Source: an uncultured Gemmatimonadaceae bacterium (GTDB taxonomy: Bacteria > Gemmatimonadota > Gemmatimonadetes > Gemmatimonadales > Gemmatimonadaceae). From it: 64,000 nt of DNA. The notes beneath the pieces were generated by a model that saw only the letters and a program-made list of their open reading frames with translations, made no database searches and was not told where the DNA came from. Each line of letters opens with the position of its first letter. The stretch's first letter is position 1. Location: positions 96,001 through 160,000 of the forward strand of contig CAWBOC010000005.1 in the NCBI GenBank assembly GCA_963790305.1, given 5' to 3'. Below, in pieces: positions 47,823 to 57,009 of this stretch. The position numbers were made by a program, and so were the translations under genes.

Positions 47823-50311
47823 CGGGGCGCGAGCTCGCGGTCGCCGCGGCGGTGTTGATCACCGCCGCGGCGTGCTCGCGAACCGCGGAGACATCTCGAG
47901 CTACCGACGATGCGCGCCGTCTCCCCACCGGCGCGCGTCTCGATCCGGCCGGTCGAAGCGTCGACGTCGGCTCCATGCCGCTCGCGATGACACTGTCGCC
48001 AGACGGTCGCCACGTCCTGCTCCTGCTCAACGGCTGGCGCGAGCAGGGCCTCCAGGTTCTCGATCGCGCGACCGGCGCCGTCGTCCAGACGGTGCCGCAG
48101 GCGGCTGCGTTCCTCGGCATGGCGTTCTCCCCTCGTGCGAACGTCCTGTTCGTATCGGGAGGCAATCAGGACGTGGTGTACCGCTACGACTGGAACAACG
48201 GTCGTGCAACGTTGCGCGACTCCATGATCCTCGCGCTGAAGCCAGACCGACGGCGCTCCGGCACGCGCTATCCAGCCGGCATGGCAGTGTCGCCCGACGG
48301 GACGCGACTCTATGTCGCGGAGAACCTCGCTGACTCGCTCGCGGTGATCGATCTCGGGAGCCCGCAAGCGGGCACCCCGCGCGTCGTGGCGCGACATGCG
48401 ACGGAGCGCTATCCCTATGGGGTCGCCGTCGCGCCTAACGGCGATGTGTACGTCTCGGCGTGGGGTGGACACACGGTGTCCGTCTTCACACCCAACGCGG
48501 CCGGCGGGCTCGACGACGGCGGCCGCATCCGTGTCGGCCGGCACCCATCGGCGCTCGAGCTCAACGCCGACGGGTCGCGTCTCTTCGTGGCATCCGGAAG
48601 CACCGACCGCATCGCGGTGGTCGACACACGGGGGAAGCGGCTCATCAAGCATCTCGACGATCCCCCGCCCGAAGGGCCCGCCGAAGGAAGCACGCCGAAC
48701 GCCCTGGCGCTGTCGCGCGATGGCAAGCGCCTCTTCGTCGCCGAAGCCAATGCCAACGCCGTCGCCATCTTCGACCTCTCGGCGCTGACGGCGAACGACA
48801 CGACTGCGCGCGGCAATGATCAGCTCGCCGGTCGGATTCCGGTTGGGTGGTATCCCACCGCCCTGGCGCTGGCCGGCGACACTCTCTGGGTGGTGAACGG
48901 CAAGGGACACGGCACGTCGCCGAACCCCGGCTACCCACACCCGGGCACCGGCACCCACCTCTCGCGCCCGACGACCTACACGCTCGGCCAGCTCTCGGGC
49001 ACGGTGACGATCCTGCCTAACGCGCGCGTTCGCGATCGGGACCTCGAGCAATTCAGCGAGCGGGTGGCACGGGCGAACAACTGGACCTCGCGACGCCCGC
49101 CGTCCTCGGCGTATCCGCCGATCGAGCACGTGGTGTACATCATCAAGGAGAATCGCACCTACGATCAGATCCTCGCCGATCTGCCCCAGGCCGACGGGGA
49201 TACCTCGCTCCTTTTCTTTCCACGTCCCGTATCGCCGAACCATCACGCGCTGGCGGAGCGTTTCGGTATCTACGATCGATTCTTCGTGAATGCGGAGGTG
49301 AGCCCCGACGGTCACAACTGGTCAGTAGCCGCGTACACGACCGACTATCTCCAGAAGACGGTTCCGTCCAACTATTCGGACCGCGGGCGCACGTACGATT
49401 ACGAGGGCACGAACCGTTGCACCGAACGCCCGTGCGAGCCACCCGAGGATGATGTCGCGGAGCCGGCGAGTGGCTACCTGTGGGATCTCGCGCAACGTGC
49501 GGGAATCACGTTCAGGAACTACGGCGAGTTCGTGATTCCGGAGGGTGTCGATCCGGAGTCGCGCATGCCCGCGGGGTACAAGGGAAGCAAGCCGTTCCTC
49601 GCTGCGAATACGAACCGCGAGTTCCCGGGATACGACCTCAACATCACCGATCAGCGGCGCGCCGACGTCTTTCTCGCCGAGTTCCAGCAGTTCGTGCGCG
49701 ACGGCCGGATGCCGCGGTTGATCGTCCTGCGTCTCCCGAACGATCACACGGCAGGCGCCCGCGCCAACGCGCCTACCCCGCGCGCCTACATGGCCGACAA
49801 TGATCTCGCGCTCGGCCGCATCGTCGAAGCGATCTCGCGATCGCTGTTCTGGCGCAGCACGGCGATCTTCGTCGTGGAGGACGACGCGCAGAACGGCCCC
49901 GATCACGTCGACTCGCACCGCACGCCGTTCTTTCTCATCTCCCCGTGGGCGCGGCCCGGTGTGCACCATCGCTTCACCAACACGACCGACGTCGTCGCCA
50001 CCATGGAAGAGATTCTCGGACTCGGCTCCCTCTCGCAGTTCGATTACTACGGCCGTCCACTTCGCGACGTGTGGACCGAGTCGCCTGATATCGCGCCCTA
50101 TCGCGCCCTCATTCCGGCGGTTCCGCTCGATGAGCGCAACCCGTCCCAAGGACGCGGCGCTCGCGAGTCGGAGCGGCTCGACCTCTCGTTCGAGGACGTG
50201 GCCGAGGAGGACCTCTTCAACCAGATCCTCTGGCGGGCCATCAAGGGCGAGAACGTGCCGTTCCCGGGCGTCACGAGGATGTCAGCCCTGGAGTGGAAGC
50301 GAGCGAAATGA
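47819..50311 (+). CDS. YncE-type beta-propeller fused to a phosphoesterase/alkaline-phosphatase-like domain (lipoprotein)
   Basis: GTGA overlap; AAAC lipobox; SPDG and YVAE blades; YIIKENRTYDQ, LPNDH and EDDAQNGPDHVDSHR. Confidence 0.88.
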   Translation: MTGRELAVAAAVLITAAACSRTAETSRATDDARRLPTGARLDPAGRSVDVGSMPLAMTLSPDGRHVLLLLNGWREQGLQVLDRATGAVVQTVPQAAAFLGMAFSPRANVLFVSGGNQDVVYRYDWNNGRATLRDSMILALKPDRRRSGTRYPAGMAVSPDGTRLYVAENLADSLAVIDLGSPQAGTPRVVARHATERYPYGVAVAPNGDVYVSAWGGHTVSVFTPNAAGGLDDGGRIRVGRHPSALELNADGSRLFVASGSTDRIAVVDTRGKRLIKHLDDPPPEGPAEGSTPNALALSRDGKRLFVAEANANAVAIFDLSALTANDTTARGNDQLAGRIPVGWYPTALALAGDTLWVVNGKGHGTSPNPGYPHPGTGTHLSRPTTYTLGQLSGTVTILPNARVRDRDLEQFSERVARANNWTSRRPPSSAYPPIEHVVYIIKENRTYDQILADLPQADGDTSLLFFPRPVSPNHHALAERFGIYDRFFVNAEVSPDGHNWSVAAYTTDYLQKTVPSNYSDRGRTYDYEGTNRCTERPCEPPEDDVAEPASGYLWDLAQRAGITFRNYGEFVIPEGVDPESRMPAGYKGSKPFLAANTNREFPGYDLNITDQRRADVFLAEFQQFVRDGRMPRLIVLRLPNDHTAGARANAPTPRAYMADNDLALGRIVEAISRSLFWRSTAIFVVEDDAQNGPDHVDSHRTPFFLISPWARPGVHHRFTNTTDVVATMEEILGLGSLSQFDYYGRPLRDVWTESPDIAPYRALIPAVPLDERNPSQGRGARESERLDLSFEDVAEEDLFNQILWRAIKGENVPFPGVTRMSALEWKRAK

Positions 50312-50317
50312 TTTTCC

Positions 50318-50422
50318 AGGTGATCGAGGTCGTCGAGGTGATCAAGGTGAACGTGGGCTAACCGGCTTGTCCGCGAGGTCACATACCTCGACAGCCTCGA
50401 CGACCTCGACGACCTCGACCAC
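50318..50422. repeat. Palindromic element, family B
   Basis: AGGTGATCGAGGTCGTCGAGGTGATCAAGG ... CCTCGACAGCCTCGACGACCTCGACGACCTCGACC. Confidence 0.85.
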
Positions 50423-50458
50423 ATTGGCTATCTCAACACCGTCACTCCAGAGGACGCC

Positions 50459-52138
50459 ATGCAGACTCCGCAGTACGATGCGATCGTCGTGGGTTCGGGG
50501 ATCTCCGGCGGCTGGGCCGCAAAGGAGCTCACCGAGAAGGGGTTGCGTGTCCTGCTGCTCGAGCGCGGCCGCAACGTCGAGCACGTCAAGGACTACGTCA
50601 ACGCGACGAAAGGGCCGTGGGAGTACCCGCACCGCGGTGGGCGCACGAGGGCAATGGAAGAGGCGTACCCCGTGCTCAAGCGGGATTACCCGCTCAACGA
50701 GAAGAATCTCGAGTTTTGGGCATCCGACAAGGACTCGCCGTACACCGAGGTAAAGCGGTTCGACTGGTTCCGCGGATACCAGGTCGGCGGCAAGTCGCTC
50801 ATGTGGGGGCGGCAGAGCTACCGGTTGAGCGACTTCGACTTCGAGGCCAACGCGAAAGACGGCATCGCGATCGATTGGCCCATCCGCTATGCGGATATCG
50901 CCCCCTGGTACGACTACGTCGAGCGGCACGCCGGCATCGCGGGGTCGCAGGAACGGCTGCCACAGCTTCCCGACGGACAATTCCAGCCGGCCATGCCGCT
51001 CAACTGCGGCGAGGAGATGATCGCCGGCCGTCTGACCCGGCTGTACGACGGACGCCGGCGTCTCATCCCCGGCCGGACGGCGAATGCGACGCAGGCGTTG
51101 CCCGGGCGGCAGGCCTGTCAGTACCGCGACGCATGCTGGCTGGGATGCCCGTACGGCGGATACTTCAGCACGCAGTCCTCCACGCTTCCGCCCGCGATGA
51201 AGACGGGCCGCCTAACGCTGAAGCCATTCTCGATCGTCAGCGAGGTGCTGTACGATCGTGACCGCAAGCGGGCGACGGGCGTGCGTGTCCTCGACGCCGT
51301 GAGCAACGAGACCGTCGACTACACCGCGCGCGTCGTCTTCCTCTGCGCGTCGGCCCTCAACTCGACGTGGCTCCTGCTCCGCTCGGCCACGAGCGTGTGG
51401 CCCGGCGGGCTGGGGAGCAGCTCCGGCGAGCTCGGTCACAATCTGATGGACCACCACTTCCGCGCCGGTGCGGAGGGTGAGCTGGAGGGGCTGAACGACA
51501 AGTACGTGTACGGACGTCGTCCAACCGGGTTTTACATCCCCCGCTATCGCAACCTGTTTGGGGAGAAGCGTCCGTATCTGCGCGGATTCGGCTACCAGGG
51601 AGGGGCCGATCGCGCGGGCTGGTGGCGAGCGGTGTCGGAGCTGGGAGTGGGCGGAGCCTTCAAGGACCGGATGGCCGAGCCCGGCGGCTGGGGCATCGGG
51701 GCCACGGCGTTCGGCGAGATGCTGCCTAACCATGCGAACAAGGTGGGTATCGATCAGACGAAGACCGACAAGTGGGGGATGCCGGTGCTCAAGATCGATT
51801 GCGCCACCGGTGAGAACGAGCGGCTCATGCGCCGCGACATGATCGCCGACATGGCGGACATGCTGGAGCAGACCGGGGTGAACAACGTGAGGACGTTCGA
51901 CAACGAGTATTTCCCGGGGATGGGAATTCACGAGATGGGGACGGCGCGCATGGGCCGGGATCCCAAGACGTCGGTGCTCAACAAGTGGAACCAGGTGTGG
52001 GACGCGCCGAACGTCTTCGTCACCGATGGCTCCGGCATGGTGTCCGCCGCCTGTCAGAATCCGTCGCTCACGTACATGGCGCTCACCGCTCGGGCCGCCG
52101 ATTATGCGGTCGGCGAGCTCAATCGCCGCAACCTTTGA
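50459..52138 (+). CDS. GMC-family FAD oxidoreductase (glycoside 3-dehydrogenase catalytic-subunit-like)
   Basis: GSGISGGWAAKEL, CQYRDACWLGC Fe-S Cys cluster, HEMGTARMG and QNPSLT. Confidence 0.9.
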   Translation: MQTPQYDAIVVGSGISGGWAAKELTEKGLRVLLLERGRNVEHVKDYVNATKGPWEYPHRGGRTRAMEEAYPVLKRDYPLNEKNLEFWASDKDSPYTEVKRFDWFRGYQVGGKSLMWGRQSYRLSDFDFEANAKDGIAIDWPIRYADIAPWYDYVERHAGIAGSQERLPQLPDGQFQPAMPLNCGEEMIAGRLTRLYDGRRRLIPGRTANATQALPGRQACQYRDACWLGCPYGGYFSTQSSTLPPAMKTGRLTLKPFSIVSEVLYDRDRKRATGVRVLDAVSNETVDYTARVVFLCASALNSTWLLLRSATSVWPGGLGSSSGELGHNLMDHHFRAGAEGELEGLNDKYVYGRRPTGFYIPRYRNLFGEKRPYLRGFGYQGGADRAGWWRAVSELGVGGAFKDRMAEPGGWGIGATAFGEMLPNHANKVGIDQTKTDKWGMPVLKIDCATGENERLMRRDMIADMADMLEQTGVNNVRTFDNEYFPGMGIHEMGTARMGRDPKTSVLNKWNQVWDAPNVFVTDGSGMVSAACQNPSLTYMALTARAADYAVGELNRRNL

Positions 52139-52151
52139 GGGAACCACGTCG

Positions 52152-52859
52152 ATGACTGCACACGAAGACACGCCCACTGTGATCCATCGCCGCGAGGCCA
52201 TCCGCCGCGTCGGGCTGATACTCGGCGGTGTGAGCTTCGTTGGTGGGACCGCCCTGCTCACCGCGTGCGAGCGGGGGCGTCCGACGACGAACAACCAGCG
52301 CATCGGAGAGTTCACCCCCGAGGACATCGCGTTCCTCGACGAGGTGGCGGAGACGATGCTTCCGGAGACGAAAACCCCCGGAGCGAAGGCGGCACGGACA
52401 GGCGCCTTCATGGCGCTCATGGTCACGGACACGTATGAGCCCAAAGACCAGCAGGTCTTTCGCGAGGGCATGCGGAAGCTCGACGAGGCCAGTCAAAAGG
52501 CGAACAACGTCGGGTTCATGGCCGCGACGCCGCAGCAGCGCCTCGCCCTGCTCGAGCAGCTCGACCGTGAGCAGAAGACGTATACCGAGGCCCGTGACGC
52601 GGCGCGCCGTGAGTCGGCTCCGAGCGCGGAAGAGCATCTGCCCGACCAGCGGAAGGAAGCAGCTCCGGGGACTCCGACGACAATCACCGCCGACGCGCCC
52701 GCGCACTACTTCCGGATGATGAAGGAGCTCGCGCTCCTGGGGTATTTCACGTCGGAGATCGGTTACACGCAGGCGCAGCGGTACGTCGAGTCACCAGGCC
52801 GGTTCGACCCGTGCGTTCCGTATACGCCTGGCGAGAAGGCCTGGGCGCCACACGCTTGA
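52152..52859 (+). CDS. Gluconate-2-dehydrogenase subunit 3 family protein (Tat-exported partner)
   Basis: Twin-arginine HRREAIRR; TPGAK; MKELALLGYFTSEIG. Confidence 0.88.
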   Translation: MTAHEDTPTVIHRREAIRRVGLILGGVSFVGGTALLTACERGRPTTNNQRIGEFTPEDIAFLDEVAETMLPETKTPGAKAARTGAFMALMVTDTYEPKDQQVFREGMRKLDEASQKANNVGFMAATPQQRLALLEQLDREQKTYTEARDAARRESAPSAEEHLPDQRKEAAPGTPTTITADAPAHYFRMMKELALLGYFTSEIGYTQAQRYVESPGRFDPCVPYTPGEKAWAPHA

Positions 52860-52863
52860 AACC

Positions 52864-52955
52864 AGGTAGGCGAGGTCGTCGAAGTGATCGAGGTGATCGA
52901 GGGAACGGGTTTTCGCCTTGACACCCTCGACAACCTCGACATCCTCGACGACCTC
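52864..52955. repeat. Palindromic element, family B
   Basis: AGGTAGGCGAGGTCGTCGAAGTGATCGAGGTGATCGAGG ... CCTTGACACCCTCGACAACCTCGACATCCTCGACGACCT. Confidence 0.85.
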
Positions 52956-52960
52956 TAGTC

Positions 52961-54070
52961 ATGACCTGGCGCCGCTGGCTCATCACGATCGTCTCCTTCG
53001 CCGCCAGCATCGGCGTCTCCATCTGGATCATCTTCCGTAGCTGGCCGGTCGAGGAGCGCTCGGTCGGCCTGCCGCTTTTCGCCCACGCTCTGTGCGCCGC
53101 CGCGGTGGCCATCGATCTCGCGCTGCGTGCGATGAAAATCCGGCTCAGCGGCGCATCGCTCGGTATCCCTGTTTCGTTCGGCGTCGCCATGCGCACCGGC
53201 CTCGCCGGAGACTTCGCGGCGGCGATCACGCCAGCCCGCACCGGAGCGGAGCCCGCGCGCTATCTCGTCCTCGCCAAGGCGCGCATCTCGCCGGCCGCGA
53301 CATTCCTGCTGCTCTTCGCCGAGCTCTTTCTCGAGATGCTCGCGCTCGTGATCGTGGCCATGGGGATTGCGCTCTTCTTCACCGAGGAGCCGGACTCGAG
53401 CCTTGGCTGGATCGTGGGACTCGTCGGTGGATACGCGACGTTCGTCATTGGCGTGGGGCTCGCCGCCGTGTTGCTGGCGTGGAGGCGCTCGAGCGGGCCG
53501 CCCCCGCGATGGGCCAGGCGCATTGGGTTCAACGCCTTGCGCTGGCGCGCGATTCAGCGCTCGCTCCGGCGGCTGCGGTCGAGCGCGACACTCGTTCGGG
53601 ACGCGCGACTCGACTACTTCATGCTCGGACTGCTGGTGTCGGTGCTGCACGTGCTGGCGCGGCTGGCGGTGCTGCCGATCATCGTCTACTCGTTAGGGGG
53701 CGAGGCGCCGCTCTCGAAGCTCGTGCTGTGGCCCCTGGCGCTGTTCTACGGCGCGGTGATCGCACCGGTGCCCGGCGGGGGCGGCATCGTAGAGGTAGGG
53801 TTCAAGGCGACTCTGGGTGGGGTCATTCCCGTTGCGCTCTTCGGGGCATCGCTCGTGTGGTGGCGCTTTTACACGTTCTACCTGTACATTCTGCTCGGCG
53901 CGCTGGCAGCCGGCGGAACAGTGCTGCGGGCTCTTCGTTCCGCGGAGGAGAACGGAAACGCGGAGGAGAACGGAAACATGGAGGAGATCGCGGCCGGGCC
54001 GGAGGTGACGCCGCCCGAGCCCCACAAGGCACACGCCGTCGAGCACCAGGTGGCCGACCAGCTTCCGTGA
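52961..54070 (+). CDS. Lysylphosphatidylglycerol-synthase TM (flippase-like, UPF0104) protein
   Basis: ITPARTGAEP, PVPGGGGIVE and WWRFYTFY. Confidence 0.88.
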   Translation: MTWRRWLITIVSFAASIGVSIWIIFRSWPVEERSVGLPLFAHALCAAAVAIDLALRAMKIRLSGASLGIPVSFGVAMRTGLAGDFAAAITPARTGAEPARYLVLAKARISPAATFLLLFAELFLEMLALVIVAMGIALFFTEEPDSSLGWIVGLVGGYATFVIGVGLAAVLLAWRRSSGPPPRWARRIGFNALRWRAIQRSLRRLRSSATLVRDARLDYFMLGLLVSVLHVLARLAVLPIIVYSLGGEAPLSKLVLWPLALFYGAVIAPVPGGGGIVEVGFKATLGGVIPVALFGASLVWWRFYTFYLYILLGALAAGGTVLRALRSAEENGNAEENGNMEEIAAGPEVTPPEPHKAHAVEHQVADQLP

Positions 54071-54739
54071 GATCACTTACTCGCTGCGCGCTTCTCCTCG
54101 TGCTGTCTGCCTGCGGTCGCGACGCCGGCCAGGCAGGGTCCGATACCGCCCGCGGACCGACCATCACCATCCGCCGCACCCGCGATGTCGATCTCACCGG
54201 GGATCGCCGACCCGAGCACTTCGTTGTCCTCGCCACCGGCCCGCGGTACGACTCGCTCAATGTGACGCTCGAGATCCGGTCCCCGGACGATTCGCTCCTC
54301 TTCACCGACGCCTGGGACTCAAGCCTGTACTTCGAGAACGACGACCGGTCGCAGCTCACCGACTCCGTGGTCGAACAGCGAGTGCGCACGCAGATCGACT
54401 CGCTTCTCGCCAGCACGGCTTTTCGGCCGGGCGGGAGCGCGCTCACGACCGACGAGCGCCTGAACCGGGAAGGGATGCACGACGCCATCCGCGATGATGT
54501 GGCCGAGAATGTGGCGGCGGGCGAACCAGATCCCGATCGATTCCTCGACGCCCGCGACCGCCGCAGCGGCCATCGACACAATCGCGCATGACCGCGTGAG
54601 CGACGCGCGCGTTGAGTCGCTGGTGGCAGAGCTGCGTGACCGGCCGACCTTTCGCTACTTCGCGGGCGGGGAGGCGAATTACGCGATCGCCTGGTCGGAG
54701 GAGGAGAGAAGGTTCGTTACGATCTGGGCATGCTGCTGA
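54067..54739 (+). CDS. Hypothetical lipoprotein, +1 frameshift near 54509
   Basis: GTGA overlap; LSAC lipobox; DLTGD motif. Removing one A from GAGAATGTGG joins it to MWRRANQ...VTIWACC. Confidence 0.72.
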
Positions 54740-54802
54740 TTTGGGAACGGCAAAGACGTCGCCCCTTGACCGCGATCAACCGCCGTGCTCATACTGGCTC
54801 CT

Positions 54803-55381
54803 GTGAGCTTAACACCTGTTCAATCAATCCGCCCCCAGCTCCTCGCTTCCGCCCTCGAGGTCCTTCACGAGCAGGGGCTCCAGGCAGTGACCATGCGCGC
54901 CGTCGCCGACCGCGCCGGAGTAACAGCGCCCGCGCTCTACTGGCACTTCGCCGACAAGGAGGCGCTCATCCGCGAGGTCGGACGGGAGGTGTCACGGACC
55001 TTCCGGGATCGAATGCTCGAGGCCAACGCCGCCAACTCCGAGGAGCGACTCCGGCGAAGCCTCGCGGTGTTCCGGAGCTTCGCGGTCACCTATCCCTCGT
55101 ATTTTCATATGCTTTTCGTGCGGCCGCCGACCTCGAAACGGGGCGAGATTCGGGACGGGGGTGCCAGTCCCGCCATCTTCCAGCTCCTCACCGACCGCGT
55201 CGCCGACTGTATGCGCGACGGGAGCCTGGCCAAGGGAGATCCACCGAGCGTAGCCATGTCGCTTGTCGCGCTCGCTCAGGGTTTGGTGGTTCTCCACCGT
55301 GGGGGACGCTTCGCCTCGGACGCCGCCTTCGCTCAGTTCTTCGATCTGTCCATCGAGCGCATGATCGTCGGGCTGCGCTAA
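54803..55381 (+). CDS. TetR/AcrR-family regulator
   Basis: VTMRAVADRAGVTAPALYWHFADKEAL HTH. The start at GTG 54803 is inferred from the upstream TTGACC-N18-CATACT promoter. Confidence 0.88.
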   Translation: MSLTPVQSIRPQLLASALEVLHEQGLQAVTMRAVADRAGVTAPALYWHFADKEALIREVGREVSRTFRDRMLEANAANSEERLRRSLAVFRSFAVTYPSYFHMLFVRPPTSKRGEIRDGGASPAIFQLLTDRVADCMRDGSLAKGDPPSVAMSLVALAQGLVVLHRGGRFASDAAFAQFFDLSIERMIVGLR

Positions 55382-55382
55382 G

Positions 55383-55415
55383 GTGCCTGCATCTCCTTAA
55401 CGCATGTTAAGGCAC
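55383..55415. terminator. Hairpin between convergent genes (terminator or operator)
   Basis: CCTTAAC-GCAT-GTTAAGG perfect stem at 55395-55412. Confidence 0.4.
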
Positions 55416-56489
55416 TAATCCCAGCAGCTTCCGAATTCTCTCGAGTCGCTCCGCCGGCGCCGGGCCGGTGAGAGTGAATTCCTTGCCGCTCGCATCGGTC
55501 CATTGAATCGTCGTGCTCACGGCCGCACTGTCCTGCCGAGGCGCGTTCGCCACGCGCCGTTGCTCCAGCTCGAGCACCTCGGGCGCGGGCGCCCGCTCAT
55601 CGAGGGTCACCAGGATTCCGTCCACGCGGTAAATACGGCGCCGCACTTCACGGCCGCCCTCCGTCATCTTCTCTTCCTGGACGAGACGGGGACCGTCCGC
55701 CAGCGCCGCGACACCGGTAGCGCCTCCAACCGTCGGCGCGGCGGGACGAGGCTCCGCGTAGCGCGCCGAGGCCTCGACAGCCCGCCGTCGCGCCAGACCG
55801 CCGGCGACCTTCTCGGCCGCCGAACCGCCGGCCTGCGCCGACGACACGCGCGCTTCCTCGCGTTGCGTCGCGACTGTTTCTGAACGGACGGAGTCATCGG
55901 TGCCGCTGGCTGGAGCGCTCGCCGCCTCCGCGACCACGGTCGGGCCCTGCTGAAGCAGGGCGACGGCCGTTGCGGAGTCCCTCTCCCGATTACCGGCAGC
56001 GTCTCGGGAGGGAGGCGGGGATGCTGGGGCAACCCTCACGGCCCCTCGGGTCCTGGTCTGTGCCTCATCGCGCGACTCTTCTGCGGCCACGGGCGGCGGA
56101 GTCGGCGAGTCCGCGGCCGCCAGCTCGAACGTGCGAGCCGGCTCCGATGCCAGGTCAACGACGGAAGCCTGCGGCGTGTTGCGGGCCATGACGAGCGCGA
56201 GTGCCCCGCCGGCGACGACCAGGGTCACCACCGCGGCGATCTTCTCCCGAACGAGCCACGTGGTCAGCGACCGGCGGCCCCACTGCGCACCCGGACTCGC
56301 GCGAACGCTCGGGACATCATCGAGCGCAGTGAGAATGCGCGAGGACGCGGCGATCAAGCCGCGCGCCTCCGCGGTCGCATCCGCGCACATGGTGCACGAC
56401 CCGACGTGCGCCTCGACGCGTGCGGCCTCGTCGGGGCTCAGCCCTCCGTCGAGCCAGGCGTGAATGGTCCCTTCGTCAAGATGCTGCAT
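55407..56489 (-). CDS. Anti-sigma factor with zf-HC2 domain
   Basis: HLDEGTIHAWLDG...HVGSCTMC; one TM helix; long low-complexity extracytoplasmic part. Confidence 0.85.
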   Translation of the reverse strand: MQHLDEGTIHAWLDGGLSPDEAARVEAHVGSCTMCADATAEARGLIAASSRILTALDDVPSVRASPGAQWGRRSLTTWLVREKIAAVVTLVVAGGALALVMARNTPQASVVDLASEPARTFELAAADSPTPPPVAAEESRDEAQTRTRGAVRVAPASPPPSRDAAGNRERDSATAVALLQQGPTVVAEAASAPASGTDDSVRSETVATQREEARVSSAQAGGSAAEKVAGGLARRRAVEASARYAEPRPAAPTVGGATGVAALADGPRLVQEEKMTEGGREVRRRIYRVDGILVTLDERAPAPEVLELEQRRVANAPRQDSAAVSTTIQWTDASGKEFTLTGPAPAERLERIRKLLGLVP

Positions 56490-56997
56490 GCGTCCCTCGC
56501 GCTCTCGCGCGCTGTTGTTCTTCATAGACTTCAACGAGGCGGCGCCGGGCCCTCGAGAGTGTCGTACCGACCGATCCTGGCGACAACTCCAGTGCCACGG
56601 CGATCTCCTCGTAGCTCAATCCTTCCTCGCGCATGAGGAGCGCGAGCCGGTCTCGTTCGGCGAGCGCGTCGACGGCACGACGTGCCATGGCCGCCTCCTG
56701 CGCCCGCTCGAGTGACGTGGGCTCCTGCTCCGCCGGTCCTTCCGCGCGCTCTCGCTCGGCGAGCAGTGCGAGATGGCGCCGGCGTCGAGCATCCTTTCGC
56801 GCTTCGTCGCGCACGAGGTTGGTGGCGACGGCGAAGAGCCACGCACGCTCGTTGTCGATGCGATCCTGGCGGAGGGCGCGCAGGAAGGTTTCCTGCGCGA
56901 CCTCCTCCGCCCAGTCGCGGTCGCCAAGCCGGCGCGTGAGATAGCGCACGAGCGGAGCGTTGTAGGTGCGAAACAGCCGCTCGACGTCGTCGGTCAT
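56476..56997 (-). CDS. ECF sigma factor
   Basis: AEEVAQETFLRA, AWLFAVATN and GLSYEEIA...GSVGTTLSRARRRL. Confidence 0.93.
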   Translation of the reverse strand: MTDDVERLFRTYNAPLVRYLTRRLGDRDWAEEVAQETFLRALRQDRIDNERAWLFAVATNLVRDEARKDARRRRHLALLAERERAEGPAEQEPTSLERAQEAAMARRAVDALAERDRLALLMREEGLSYEEIAVALELSPGSVGTTLSRARRRLVEVYEEQQRARARGTHAAS

Positions 56998-57009
56998 TCG
57001 CTCACCGGC

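Noticed and set aside
47666..49315. Long antisense ORFs (e.g. 47666..49315, 30274..31626, 60227..61978, 12728..14041)
   Set aside because: Typical stop-poor antisense frames of high-GC genes, with no motifs or RBS.
53943..53990. Short direct repeat GCGGAGGAGAACGGAAAC x2-3
   Set aside because: A local in-frame duplication (AEENGN) in a disordered C-terminal tail, with no wider pattern.
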